From the human T2T-CHM13v2.0 reference genome, Homo sapiens, in NCBI RefSeq assembly GCF_009914755.1, contig NC_060935.1: a stretch of DNA of 64,000 nucleotides; one strand, written 5' to 3'. The notes beneath the pieces were generated by a model. That model ran no database searches, was not told the DNA's origin, and saw only the letters and a list, made by a program, of their open reading frames with translations. How positions within the stretch are numbered: position 1 is the stretch's first letter; each line of letters begins with the position of its first letter. The translations under genes were made by a program, and so were the position numbers. Of this stretch, positions 12,931 to 27,720 are shown piece after piece.

Positions 12931-14550
12931 TTTGCTCATTATGGTGGAACAAATCTCACATTCCTAAAGACTGTCAGTTTCTTGCTAAACTATGGCTTCT
13001 ACATCTCAGGGAAATATAATGTCTTTAAAATTTAGGATATCTTCATTATTTATTTTGTTTAATAGCTAAAGAAGCTAATGTTATGGGAGACTCACAGAAT
13101 AGCAAAACTCTGACACTCATGATATCAATTCAAAGGTGTAGCATTAACTGCAGACAGTATAGCTTGCTTCCTATGTGGAGATAGAACAGACAAATATGGA
13201 CTCTGTGAAAGCCATCCTGATGCTGACATTTCTTTCCTATATCTTTCAGTCAGGAACAAAGCAAAATGAATTATATGAACAACTGGGATACGGTGAAACT
13301 GAGCTTGCCAAATTTCTAGATGTCCAGCATTTGGGTTATATTCAAAGAGAATATGCTGGCCCATTTGTTCAAGTCACTAAGCTAAACAATGTAAGGTTAA
13401 GATATTTGACCTACGTCATCCAACTAATAGAAAACAAGATTTAAACTAAGGTCTGGTAGTTCTAAAATCAGGTTGTTTTTTTTCTATACTAGTATTGCTA
13501 ATTATTATAAATATACAAACTAAATTGATTCATTATTTTTCCATCAGTTCCTAATCACTGGGCACCTAAATTGCAATTGTCATCTGTCTCCATTTAATCC
13601 TACTTTTAGGTGGGATCATTTAAAATATTGCCACATATTCTCTGATATTCGTCCATCAATATATGGGGTCTATGCCCCCTTTCTTACAATCTGGGCAAGT
13701 TTGTAATTATCTGACAATGCTAGCAAAATTACAGATTGTTCATCTCCCCTAAACCTAAATGAATGCACTCAAATTTTACTACCTTTTTCGAGGTAGTTCA
13801 GGTTGCTTATATCTAGCATGACTCAAAAGACTATTGAATGGGTTATCCTGAAGTTTTCCAACTGTTTAAACATGCACACACACATACAAACATGTATTTT
13901 ACAGTTTATATATACATATACCTTTATAATTTTTGTATATGTTTTATGAATTTTATATGTAAAATTTAAATTTAACTGCTCCATTTTGTTTTTCAGCAAA
14001 GGTTAATTTGAGTCAAGGACAAATCTTTAGATTTTGAACATAATCTTGTCTCACTGATGGGGAAAATATATGACTAACCATTGGTAATATATGGTTCAAA
14101 TATTTACTATTTGTATATACTGCAAAATGATGAATTGAAAGGTAAATGCAGAGATGAAGACTGGAAAACCATTTATATGGGATTCCTTGGTTAATCCTAA
14201 GGAAAAATTACAAAACTTCCATTAAAACAGCAACTGGTGAGAACATAGAAGCTGAAAGACAGTAAATAGAGTTGGCACATATTTGGTGATCTTATTAGAC
14301 AACCTGAGAGTTCAAGATTTTAAAAGACTCATTCGAGTTAGAAATATAAAGAATCTAAATAAAAGTCAAGAATATATATTTTTCAAATCCTTACATAATT
14401 CTAGCCTTTTTATTCTATATATATTTTTAACCCCCACCCAACAACCATCACTCATAATGCTGGTGAACTTCTACCCCCCTTTCATGGGTTCATCTCAAAT
14501 GTCAACTCTTTTTGACTACTTCCTTGAGTTTCTATTGTGTTTAAGCATTT

Positions 14551-14981
14551 ATTTTTATTTATTTTTCCTTTTTAAATTTTTTATTTCCATAGGTTATTGG
14601 AGAACAGGTGGTGTTTGGTTACATGAGTAAGTTCTTTAGCAGTGATTTGTGAGATTTTGGTGCACCCATCAACAGAGAAGTATACACTGCACCCTATTTG
14701 TAGTCTTTTATCCTTTACCTGCTTCCTACCTTTCCACCTGAGTCCCCAAAGTCCTTTGTATCATTCATATGCCTTTGCATCCTCATAATTTAACTCCCAC
14801 TTATGAGTGAGAACGTACGATGTTTGGTTTTCCATTCCTGAGTTACTTCACTTAGAATAATAGTCTCAGTTCTCATCCAGGTTGCTGCGAATGCCATTAA
14901 TTTATTCCTTTTTATGGCTGAGTAGTATTCCATCATATATATGTGTGTGTGTGTGTATATATATATGTGTGTGTATATATA

Positions 14982-15020
<39 letters not shown>

Positions 15021-15666
15021 TCCATCATATATATACATATATCTCTCACAGTTTCTTTATCCACTTGTTGATTGATGAGAATTTGGGTTAGTTCCACAGT
15101 TTGCAATTGCAAATTGTTCTTCTATAAATATGCATGTGTAACTATCTTTTTCATTTAATGACTTTTTTCCTCTGTATAGGTAGCCAGTAATGGAATTGCT
15201 GGATCAAGTGATAGTTATACTTTTAGTTGTTTAAGGAATTTCCACACTGTTTTCCATAGTGGTTGTACTAGTTTACATTCCCGCCAGCAGTGTAGTAGTG
15301 TTCCCTGTTCACTGCAACCACACAAACATCTATTATTTTTTGATTTTATGATTATGGCCATTCTTGCAGAAGTAAGGAGGTATTGCATTGTGGTTTTGAA
15401 TCGCATTTCCCTGATCATTAGTGATGTTGAGCATTTTTTCATATTTGTTGGCCATTTGTATGTTTTCTTTTGGGAATTGCCTATTTATGTTCTTAGCCCA
15501 CTTTTTGATGGGATTCTTTGTTTTTTCCTTCCTAATTTGTTTGAGTTCATTGTAGATTCTGGATATTAGTCCTTTGTCAGATTTATAGATTGTGAAGATT
15601 ATCTCCCACTTTGTGAGTTGTCTGTATACTCTGCTGACTGTTCCTTTTGTGGTGCAAAAGCTCTTA
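14551..15666 (-). mobile_element. 5'-truncated L1PB1-like element with an internal (TA)/(TG) microsatellite (14934-15045)
   Basis: L1PB-type 3' end ttatttccataggttattgg; minus-strand ORF2 peptides. TSD tctattgtgtttaagcattt (14531-14550) / tctattgtggttcagcattt (15667-15686). Confidence 0.9.
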
Positions 15667-17456
15667 TCTATTGTGGTTCAGCATTTTTATTGTATTTATA
15701 TGGCATTTGTGAAAAATTTAACCTTGAGACTCTGCCCTAAATTCCCTGGCTAGCCTGTGAGCTCCTCATAAATACATACATTGGCAAGTTTCCATTGCAT
15801 CACCAATACTCCAAAAACAGGCTGTAAGAAAATCACACTTAGTGGGATTGAATACTTAAATTGAACTACTAGAATTGGTGAACTAGTCCAGTAAACAGTA
15901 GGCAAACATTTATTGTACTCTATTTTGGAAAAGATAATTGTGTGTGTATGTGTCTGTGTCTATGTGTGATGGGGGATGGGTGAACCATTTTACCATGATT
16001 TTCTTAGGACTATAAATATGATAAAATACAATAAGGTGGTATTGGCTGCTGGCTGTTTTAATGGAATTAGATTAATTGAATTACCTGAAGCATAAGCTCC
16101 ATGAAAATAGGCAACTAAGTTTCTTTTGCTCACTAACATATACCAAACTTTCAAAACAATGTGATATACAGAAACTATTCAATTAATATTTGTTGAATGA
16201 ATAAATGAATTATTTAAAAGGACATGTCAGAGTTACTTCCAGGAAGCATTGCTCCCAATACCTAAAAATTTTCTGACTGAAATACAAATATTTATTTATT
16301 TTCCCTGACATCTGCATTTATAATTCATTTTGATGTATAATACTGCTTCCAAGACATTGTGACATACAAGTTGTACTATCTATTTGATGACTTCCCTATT
16401 GAATTTATTGTATATCTGTGTTATTACATTTTATGTGAAGTAAAGCACAAATTTAAGCATATTTAATTTAAGTATACATAATGCCAGTTCACAATTCTGG
16501 AGCTTCTTGTTCCTTTATCCAGAAATCTTTTCATTATTTGAATTTGAAAATTACCTGAAGTGAAAAGATTCAAAATATACAATTACTTTTTAAGTTTCAA
16601 AGAAAATTCTCTGCTTCACAACAATATTTTATTTATGTTTACAACAAATTGAATTCAATATTCTATTGATATATAAATTATCTGAATTTTCAGGGAAATT
16701 AGACTCTTGCTAAAAATTAGAAACATGGTAAATTGTAAAGTTAGAATTTGGTATTACCATTATCTGTCTGGAAAACTACAGTTCTTGTCTCTATGCCCCA
16801 CTACATTGACTGATCTGGCCTGAAAACTTAGGTGATATATAATGGGAGAAAATCAATCCCAGTAAATCTGTTTTACTTTGTTTTCAATTATAAGGAAATT
16901 AACAACTATTACATTAAAAAAGAGAAGGTTAAAATGTCATAATGTAAAAGCAGTCAATACCAAAACTCTATCAATGTCATTATTTGGGTTATTTACATCT
17001 TTCCTCTAGGTATTCTGCCTCTTGGGAAATATATTAAGGAAATCATAGTTATTGCCAGTCTTGTTTTATCTTTTAGTAAAACATGCTCTCATTTGCTTCT
17101 GTATCTCCCAGTTATTACTGGGTAGATAAAACTGTATGATTAATCATATACACAGTTAGAAATATTATATATTCTTAATGAATTCACCCTTTACCATTAT
17201 GCGATGCCTTTTTTGTGCCTTTTAATGTTTATTGTCCTGATATCTATTTTGCCTAATTTTATGATAGCCACACCAGTTTTTACATCAATAATACTACATC
17301 CTTTTCAAATTATTATATTTTATTTTTAAGCTGTGTCTTTGTGCAAATATTTTCTTCCATTCTGGGGGTTGTATTTTCACTTTATTGAAGATTTCATTTG
17401 CAGCACAGAAGACACAAGTTTTTAAATTTGATGAAGTCCAATATATTTTTCCATTT

Positions 17457-17760
17457 CTTTTTTTTGGGGGGGGTGTGGGGGAATAGAGTCTCGCTCTGTT
17501 GCCCAGGCTGGAGCGCAGTGGTGCAAACTTGGCTCACTGCAGCCTCCGCCTCCGGGGTTCAAGTGATTCTCCTGCCTCAGCCTCCTGAGTAGCTGGGATT
17601 ACAGGCACGTGCCAACACGCCCGACTAATTTTTGTATTTTTAGTAAAGATGGGGTTTCACCATGTTAATCAGTCTGGTCTCGAACTGCTGACGTCATAAT
17701 CTGCCTGCCTCAGCCTCCCAAAGTGCTGGGATTACAGGCTTGAGCCACTGCACCTGGCCC
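17457..17760 (-). mobile_element. AluS (Sc/Sg-like)
   Basis: Full dimeric Alu, reverse complement, with a G-rich interruption next to the tail and T runs on both sides. Confidence 0.92.
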
Positions 17761-18707
17761 TTTTTTTTTTTTTTTTTTTGGCACTTGTGATATTGCTATG
17801 TTTAATAAGACTTTGCCTAGTGTGAGGTCATAGATTATCTCCTATTTTTCTATTCAGAGACTTAATTTTAACTCTTACATCTAGGCATATGATTTAATTT
17901 GAGTTTACTTCTATATGTTGTATTTGGTAGTGATCAAACTTCATTTGTCTGCATGTGGCATCTTGTTGTTTAAACACCATTTGTTGAAAAGACTTGTTTT
18001 ATTTCACTGAATTGGCATAATGGCCTGTCTAAATACAGTTGATCATGATGCAAGGGACTGGACTCTCAATTCAGTTCCATTAATCTATATGCCTATCTAT
18101 CTGACAGTGTTTGCAGTGACTATGGTAGATTTGTAGTGTATTTTAAAATGAGGAAGTGGATTCCTCCAGCTTAGTTCTTTGTATTTAAAGTTTGCTTTGG
18201 CTATTCTTGGTCATTGCATTTTTCAAATAAGTTTGAGAATTACCTGCTCAATTTCTAGAAAAACAAATAAAGCTCAGATTTTAAAGGGATGACATTGAGT
18301 CTTTAGATAACTTAGGGACTATTATCGTCTTAACAATATTAAATCTTCGAATATTCTATTTTTTCAGGGTGGTAATTTAATCTTTAAAATGTCCTTGCTA
18401 GTGTATAAAATACAATTCTTACCACATTTTTAATAAATTGAATATATTGCTTTTCATTTCATCTACACTGCCATTGTCAGTCCTGTATGTAATATTCTAT
18501 ATTCTAGGTGTCATTCTAGGATTTCCCAATAAGCACCTTTGACTTAGCACAATCTACTTTGAAATTATATTATACTGTTATACATTACACAAATAAGAAT
18601 ACCATAAAACGTTTTATTTTCATTTTTCATTGTCATACATTTCAATTGTATAACTGTTATAACCACAAAATAAATTGATATAGGTTTTGCTTTTAAAAAT
18701 GAATTAC

Positions 18708-19012
18708 AGGCTGGATGTGATGGCTCACACCTGTAATCCCAACACTTTTGGAGGCCGAGGCAGGTGAGCCTTGTCCTTGAGCTCAAGAGTATGAGACCAG
18801 CCTGGGCAACACGGCTCAATCCCATCTCTACAGAAAATACAGAAATTAGCTGGGCATGGTGGTACACGCCTGTAGTCCCAGCTACTTGGGAGGCTGAGGG
18901 AGAAGGATGGCTTCAGCAAGGGGGGCAGAGATTGCAGTGAGCACAGATTGCACCACTACACTCCAGACTGGGTGACAGAGCAAGGCCTTGTCCTCAGAAA
19001 ATAAAAATAAAA
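18708..19012 (+). mobile_element. AluJ-like
   Basis: ggctggatgtgatggctcacacctgtaatccc...cagcctgggcaaca..., A-rich tail. Confidence 0.9.
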
Positions 19013-20159
19013 AGCTAATAACATATATTTATGCATATGAAATTGAGAAAAAATGCTCTTTTAAGGGGACTCATATTTATCATTTCTGGACTCATCTTTC
19101 ATCAGTATAAATTTAACTTTTCATGTTACCTCATTTTTTTCTACTTGAAATTATTTCATTTTGCTTTTTAAAGTTTTTTTTTTCTGAATTTAGTAAGCTA
19201 GGTTGACAGATTTTTAAATTTAGTAGATTAAAAATGTCACCCCATTGCCTTCTAGCTGGCATAGCTCAGATAATAAATTATGTGATTATCTTTTCCTTTT
19301 TGCCTTGTATTTAATATGTATTTTATCTCTGAATGCTTTAAATTTTGTTTTCTTTTTTCAATGGTTATCAGCATGCTCTAAATTCAATTCACAATTGAAA
19401 GGTCAATGGTTTGGTTTTCACTTGCTGTTTACTTGTTTCCAGAATTTTCTAGAAAGTCAATTCCAACTCTGATAAGGGAGAAAAAAGTCATTCTAAATTC
19501 AGTGTTAGTGCTACATGACCCAATCTTTTTTTTCTACATTACTTATTATTTAAAAATCCAGTAAAATTTTTTGTATAATTCATTTTTATTGTTAATGTTA
19601 TATTCTTCTATCTATAGGTTCTAATTATTTTTATATATTTTATTTTCTCTTTGTTATTGGTTTCCTCTGCATATTGATTATAAAAATATTATCTATTATA
19701 ATATATTTAACAACAAATTGTGTATCTGAGTTTTTTTCGGTCATTTTTTATTGAGTGAATTTTCTCCTGATTATCAATCATATTTTTCTTCTTCTTGACA
19801 TGTTTCATGTTTTTTGACTGGTCATTATTTTATTTAAACTTGGATTTCATTGTTTTCTATTAAATAAATAATACGTTTCTCTCTCTCTCCCTGTTCATAT
19901 TTCCTCTATCTTTCTCTCTCTCTCTCTCCAATTAACTACTTGTAAAACAGATTCAACTCTCAAGGCATGTTTTTAAATTTTCTAGAATGGATCTAATGTA
20001 GCCTTCACTTCATGAATAATTCTTACATTCTATTAAATTATGAAACTTCTGGGGTTTCCACAAAATGCCACAGATTAGAACTAGGATTTTCCATTGTAAT
20101 TGTCTTCCCACCCTGTGCAACTTCTAAGAATTCTCACGTTACAATTATTCAGATATTAT

Positions 20160-22196
<2,037 letters not shown>

Positions 22197-22665
22197 TTAG
22201 AAATCTTTCTGCTTAATCCTCTACTTTCCAGAAATATTTCACAAGAGTTAGTAGTTCAGCTTTTTTGAAATCCTGTCTACCTATACCCAACTTAATAGGA
22301 TTTCTGGGCTCTCTTTCAGGTATTCAAACCTGGACTTTCAGCCAAAGAATTGCTTCCAGGCATAAAATCTTGATGATAAAAGACTCACCTTTCATTTTTT
22401 TTTGTTTTTGGTTTCTTTCTCTCAGGGATCACAATACTGTCATGCATGCAGTCGATAACTAAAAACAGTTACTTCATAAATTTTAAAACTATTTTAAAAT
22501 AGTTTAAAATTTTAAAACTGTTTTTGTGTGAAATTTGCTGTCTGTTAGAAGTCATCACCACCATTTTCCTTCAGGTTATTCCTAGTTCAACAAATGTCTT
22601 TAATCTCTTAACTGCCTCATCATATATAATGATCTAATGCAACACATGGTCATTGAGCCCTTATC

Positions 22666-22734
22666 ACATTTCATTTAATGATGTTCAAAATTTCAATGTT
22701 ACATTTCATTTAATGATGTTCAAAATTTGAATGT
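22666..22734. repeat. 35-bp tandem duplication
   Basis: acatttcatttaatgatgttcaaaatttcaatgtt followed by acatttcatttaatgatgttcaaaatttgaatgt. Confidence 0.92.
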
Positions 22735-22891
22735 CTCATGCCTAAGAATTTTCACTTTCTATAGCCTCCAACTCTAATTATGACTAATTACATTTAGTTC
22801 TTTATTGACCTTCAATTATACTTCTAAAAACCAGCAGAAATGATAATTTCCAGAGGTATAGTAAACCATGGGGAGATACAGATATTGCAAT

Positions 22892-23116
22892 GAGAGAAGG
22901 GAAGAAGAAGGGGAAGAAGAAGAGGAAAAAGAAGAAGGAGGAGGAAGAGGAGGAAGGAGGAGGAGCAGGAAGATGGGGAGGAGGAGGAAGGAGAAGAAGG
23001 AGGAGGAGGAGGAAGAAGGAGGAGAAGGAGAAAGAAGAGAAGGAAAAGGAGAAAAAGAAGAAGAAGAGAGAAAGAGAAGGAGAAGAAGAGGAGGAGGAAG
23101 AGAAGATGAGAAGGAG
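22892..23116 (+). repeat. GA-rich polypurine tract (GAA/GAG)n, ~225 bp
   Basis: Directly visible; it produces the spurious low-complexity ORFs here. Confidence 0.95.
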
Positions 23117-23127
23117 TGGTAACACTC

Positions 23128-23240
23128 CTTTTAGTAGAGTTTTACCATGTTGACCAGGATGGTCTTAATCCCTTGACCTCGTGATCTGCCCACCTCGGCC
23201 TCCAAAGTGCTGAGATTACAGGTGTGAGCCTCTCTGCCCA
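23128..23240 (-). mobile_element. Alu left-monomer fragment
   Basis: ttttagtagag...gacctcgtgatctgcccacctcggcctcc...gattacaggtgtgagcc. Confidence 0.85.
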
Positions 23241-23346
23241 AAATAGTGGCTACATTTTAAGTGACACATGCAATGTTATATATATTTCTAAGCACTTCTC
23301 ACAAATAAATTGTTTTAAACTCACAACCTTGTTAATTAAGTCTTAT

Positions 23347-23865
23347 TGTGTCCGGAATTGGTTCCTTCTGGTGGGTTGTTGGTCTCACTGACTTCAAGAA
23401 TGAAGCTGCAGACCCTCGTGTTGAGTATTACAGCTCATAAATTTAGTGTGGACCCAAAGAGTGAGCAGCAGCAAGATTTATTGTGAAGAGTGAAAAAACA
23501 AAGCTTCCACAGTGTGGAAGGGGACCAGAGTGGGTTGTTGCTGCTGGCTCTAGTGGCCAGCTTTTATTCCCTTATTTGGCCCCGCCCATATCCTGCTGAT
23601 TGGTCCATTTTACAGAGCACTGATTGATCCATTTTACAGAGTGCTGATTGGTCCGTTTGTACTGAGTGCTGATTGGTGCGGTTACAAACCTTTAGCTAGA
23701 CACAAAGTGCTGATTGGTGCATTTTTACAGAGTGCTGATCGGTGTGTTTACAAACCTTTAGCTAGACACAGAGTGCTGATTGGTGCATTTACAATCCTTT
23801 AGCTAGACAGAAAAGTTCTCCAAGTCCCCACCTGACCCAGAAGCCCAAGCCGGCTTCACCTCTCA
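23347..23865 (-). promoter_or_regulatory. 3' LTR (LTR12F-like, 519 bp) with CCAAT-box repeats
   Basis: Minus strand TGAGAGGTGAAGCC...GGACACA, repeated ccaatcagc, AATAAAAGC TATA-like box. Preceded by the PPT gtttagagggaggat (23866-23880). Confidence 0.93.
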
Positions 23866-24072
23866 ATCCTCCCTCTAAACAGGACACCCCAACTGCTGTT
23901 GGGAATTTGGCTGATGACTGCTCTAGCTACTTCCTGCTGGATAGGGGCAAAGAAGGGTCCCTGCAGTTGTAGTGTCCTCCAGAGGGGAACTCTTCAGGCC
24001 AGGGAAAGGGCCAGAGGATTGGTCCAGGGTTCCTTGGTAGTAGTTGTTAGTTGAGCTCATTTGGGGTTCCAT

Positions 24073-24649
24073 TTATAAGACCACCTGTAGCTTGATGCCC
24101 TCAATTCTGGAGGAAACAAATTTGACAAGCAGTTTAAAAATACAGGGCCCAAAGGTGAGTAACAGCAAAATAGCTGCCACGGTACTTAGAAAGGGGAGAA
24201 GCCATGTTGCCCAACTCCAGAGGTTGGTATAAGAGTTTGAAAGGTGTTGCCTGATTTCAGAAGCCTTTTCCTGTAAACACCGGGTGGCATCTCTTAGTAT
24301 CCCTGACTGGTTAGTGTAAAAGCAGCAGTCTTCCCCTAAGAAGGTGCAAAGTCCTCCTTTCTCAGCAGTGAGGAGGTCTAGGCCTCTGTGGTTTTGGAGA
24401 GTCACTGCTGCTAAAGAGTCTATTTGGGATTGTAGTTACTATCCTTACTGAATAGATTTTGTTATTTCTTGCAAACAGTCTGAGAAATCTTTTGAGAGTG
24501 TGTGGTAGTAGGATAATGAAGTAGATAAACTGGCTATTCTGGTTCCTGTAGCAGTGGCCATTTCTAACCCTATAAGTAGAGGTATTAGTTGTATGGCCCT
24601 GCGCTGATGGACTTGAGCTTTGAGGGGCACTGGTAGGTTCTGATTTCCA
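24073..24649 (-). pseudogene. env: env remnant: SU/TM cleavage region and TM only
   Basis: HQRR|AIQLIPLLIGL fusion peptide, immunosuppressive domain LQNHRGLDLLTAEKGGL, CX6CC motif (CTFLGEDCC) and membrane anchor. Frameshifted. Confidence 0.9.
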
Positions 24650-25505
24650 TAAGATTAGAAGTTAGGATAATATATGTTTACACTGTTAACTTTTAGCAAA
24701 CTCTACTTTTGTTGAAAACCTTGTAAGTTTGGGATTTCAATTATTCTTTGCTATTAATAAGACCTCATTCAGTCCATATTAACTGAGAATTGGTATAGAT
24801 GGCTCCTTCCTGATTCTGTAAGTACTTTAAGGTTTGGCTGAGTGCAAACAGCTCACACATTTGAGCAGACCAATTATTAGGCAATTTTCCTAACTCTGCT
24901 TTAGGAGAGTTTCCTTATCATTTACTGAATACCTATTACGTCTTTTTTCCTTAATCGCCTCAGAGGAACCATCTAGTCCTGTCCTGAAGGGAGTTCCTCC
25001 TAGATTTGTCAGACCTTTGTATGGTAATTAATTAAGATTTAGATCCCCTGTTAGGAAACCTGCTGGGTTAAGGATTATTTATAGGAAAGCTATGGGTTGT
25101 CAGTGACCTCAGTGTTTTCAGGCTATGGCCTTGTTTACACTGACAACAAGGTGGTATTGGAGTGTTATAGGGTTACAGAGAAGACCTTCAATTATCAATT
25201 ATAGGTTTTAAATTTATCCTGGCTTTTAAAGGAATAGGGTACACTGTTTTTTCTTTACTGCTTATATCTCTCTTTCTCTTTGACTTCATCTTTGTCTATC
25301 TCTTTCTCTCTTTCCTTCTTTGACTTTCTGTCAGTCTCTTCCTCTGTCTCTCTTTGACTTTGTCTCTCTATCTCTTCCTCTCTGTCTCCTTCTCTTTGAC
25401 TTCCTATCTTTCTCTGTTTCTTCCTCTCTCTCTCTGACTTCCTGTCTCTTTCTCTCTTTCCTTTCTGCTGCCTCTGCCAGCTGCTTGTACTGCTGTTCTC
25501 TCTTC
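24650..25505 (-). mobile_element. Foreign retroviral segment (HERV-I / HERVIP10FH-like collapsed pol) inside ERV9
   Basis: Manual translation gives YPIP..ARINLKPII, PYNTPI, QPIAFL, LNPAGFLTGD, DGSS, KLPNNWSAQMCELFALSQTLKYLQNQEGAIYTNS. Confidence 0.75.
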
Positions 25506-27720
25506 TCCTTTCCCTTTTTGATGGCTTTGGCAGTGTAAGACTGCCACCTCCTTGGGTTTTTGCACTGAGTGCAATAACTCCATGATTTCCCTGTGGTATT
25601 TAATGGGGGTTCCCCCAGAGGTTAGGAACTCCCTTTCTTTCCATATTGCAGCATGGGCATGAAGGATTAGATAAGCATACTTTCTATCTGTATACACATT
25701 TATTCTTTTCCCCTTTCCCAATTCTAAGTCTTGGGTAAATGCCACTAGTTCTGCTAACTGGGTGCTGGTCCCTTGGGGAAGAGGCTTACTTTCAAGTATG
25801 GTTACATCACTAACTATGGCATAACCTGCTCTTCATATCCCATTCTCCACAAATGAACTTCCATCGTTATATAGGTTAAGGTCAGGATTAGCTAAGGGGA
25901 CTTCCAAGAGATCATCTCGGGCAGCATAAGTCTGGACTATAATTTGTTGGCAGTCATGCTCAATTGGTTCCCCATCCTCTGGGAGAAAAGTGGCAGGGTT
26001 GAGGGCCATTGACATATGTATTTGAAGCACCGGTCCCTCAAGGAATAGCACCTGGTATCTAAGTAGGCAGTTGTCTGATATCCATAAACTTCCTTTGGCA
26101 CCTAGTATGCCATTTACATCACGAGTAGTCCAGACAGTGAGATCCTTTCCTTGTATTATTTTGGTAGCCTCTGACACTAAGATGGCCACCACCGCAACTA
26201 CCTGCAAACAGTGAGGCCAGCCTTTTGCTACTACATCAATTTCCTTACTTAGGTATGTCACTGGTTGTGGGGTTGTCCCACGAGTATGAGTAAGGACTCC
26301 AAGAGCTATCCCTGCTCTCTCTCTGATGTATAAAAAGAAGTTTTGTCCTGTGGGAAGGCTTAAACCTGGAGCTTATAGTAGGGCCTTCTTTAAGATTTTG
26401 AAGGCTATTTCTGACCCTGGTTCCCATTCTACTAGATAAGTATTTGCCCTCTGGGTCTCCTTGATTAGAGTATACAGGAGCCTGGCTACCTTGCTGTATA
26501 CAGGGATCCATAGTCAGCAAAAGCCAGTGATTCCAAGAAACCCCTGCAAATGTTTTAATGTCTTAGGGTGAGAATAAGCCAGTATAGGCTGTATTCATTC
26601 CTTACGGAGGGCCCTGGTTCCTCGGGCTAAAATTAGGCCTAGATATTTGACCTGCTGTAGGCAAAGCTGGGCCTTCAACCTAGACAGCTTGTACACTTGA
26701 TTAGCTAGAAAGTTCAAGAGATCTAGAGTAGCCTGCTGGCATGAGGCTTCCAAACTGGTAGCCAAAAGTAAATCATCCACATACTGAAGGACCAGAGTGC
26801 CTGGACTTGAGAAGAGACCTAGATCTTGGGCCAGTGCCTGACCAAACATGAGGGCTATCCCTAAACCCTTGGGGCAAGATGGTCCACGTAAGTTGGGATG
26901 TGTGGTCTGTGGGATCCTCAAAGGCAAAGAGAAACTGGGGAGTCAGAGTGCAGGCGAATACAGAAGAAGGCATCCTTGAGGTCCAGAACCGTGAACCATT
27001 CTGCTTCCTCTGGTATTTGAGAGAGCAGGGTATAGGGGTGGGTATAACTGGATATAGAGGAATTACTGCCTCACTGATGAGTCTAACATCTTGCACTAGT
27101 CTCCACTGACCATTCAGTTTTTGTACTCCTAGAATTGGGGTGTTGCAGGGACTGTTGCATTTCCTTACTAAACCTTGAGCTTTTAAACGTTTAACAATAT
27201 CCTGTAATCCTTTATAAGCTTCAGGCCTTAAGGGATATTGCCTATGATAAGGAAAAGTGGTGGGATCTTTTAGCCTGATTTTGACTGGGCAGGCATTTTT
27301 TGCCCTTCCAAATTGTCTTTCCAACGCCCAGACTTCAGGGTTGACTCCTTCCTCAAGTAGGGGACAACAAATGGGTAACTTGTTCCCCATATTCATGTAG
27401 ATAATAACTCCAGCTTTGGCTAATATATCTGTCCCTAATAAAGGTGTGGGACTTTCAGGCATAACAAGAAAGGCATGTGAAAAGAGCAAAGTCTCCCAAT
27501 TAAAACTGAGGAGGTGGGAGAAATACCTGTTTACAGGCTGTCCCAGGATTCCTCGGATGGTAACGGACCTTGAAGACAGTTGTCCAGGACAGGAGATTAG
27601 TACTGAGAAGGCCATACCAGTGTCCAGGAGGAAGTGAATTTCCTGGCCCTCAATGGTTAAACATACCCGGGGCTCAGTGAGGGTGATGACATGAGCTGGC
27701 GCTTGACCTGGGCACCCTGA
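25506..27720 (-). pseudogene. pol: ERV9 pro-pol remnant (protease, RT, RNase H); no integrase
   Basis: FLLDTG protease motif; LPQGFRDSPH and YVDDLLL RT motifs; DGSS...NVYTD...HCQSHQKG RNase H. Multiple frameshifts and stops. Confidence 0.92.

Larger units (their letters stand above)
17100..20150 (-). mobile_element. Highly diverged L1M fragments interrupted by two Alus
   Basis: Degenerate antisense L1 ORF2 motifs (caccatttgttgaaaagac, ttgctttggctattcttgg, gtcttaacaatatt). Boundaries approximate. Confidence 0.6.

Noticed and set aside
22802-23153. Glu/Lys/Arg-rich and Ser/Phe-rich ORFs
   Set aside because: Translations of the GA simple repeat; no splice or coding evidence.
23590-23810. Regularly repeated gctgattgg / gctagacac units that superficially resemble a CRISPR-like array
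   Set aside because: These are the normal U3 subrepeats of LTR12, present in both LTRs, with no unique spacers, in a eukaryotic context.
24073-24630. Possible syncytin-like domesticated env
   Set aside because: SU and signal peptide are absent, and TM is split by a frameshift.
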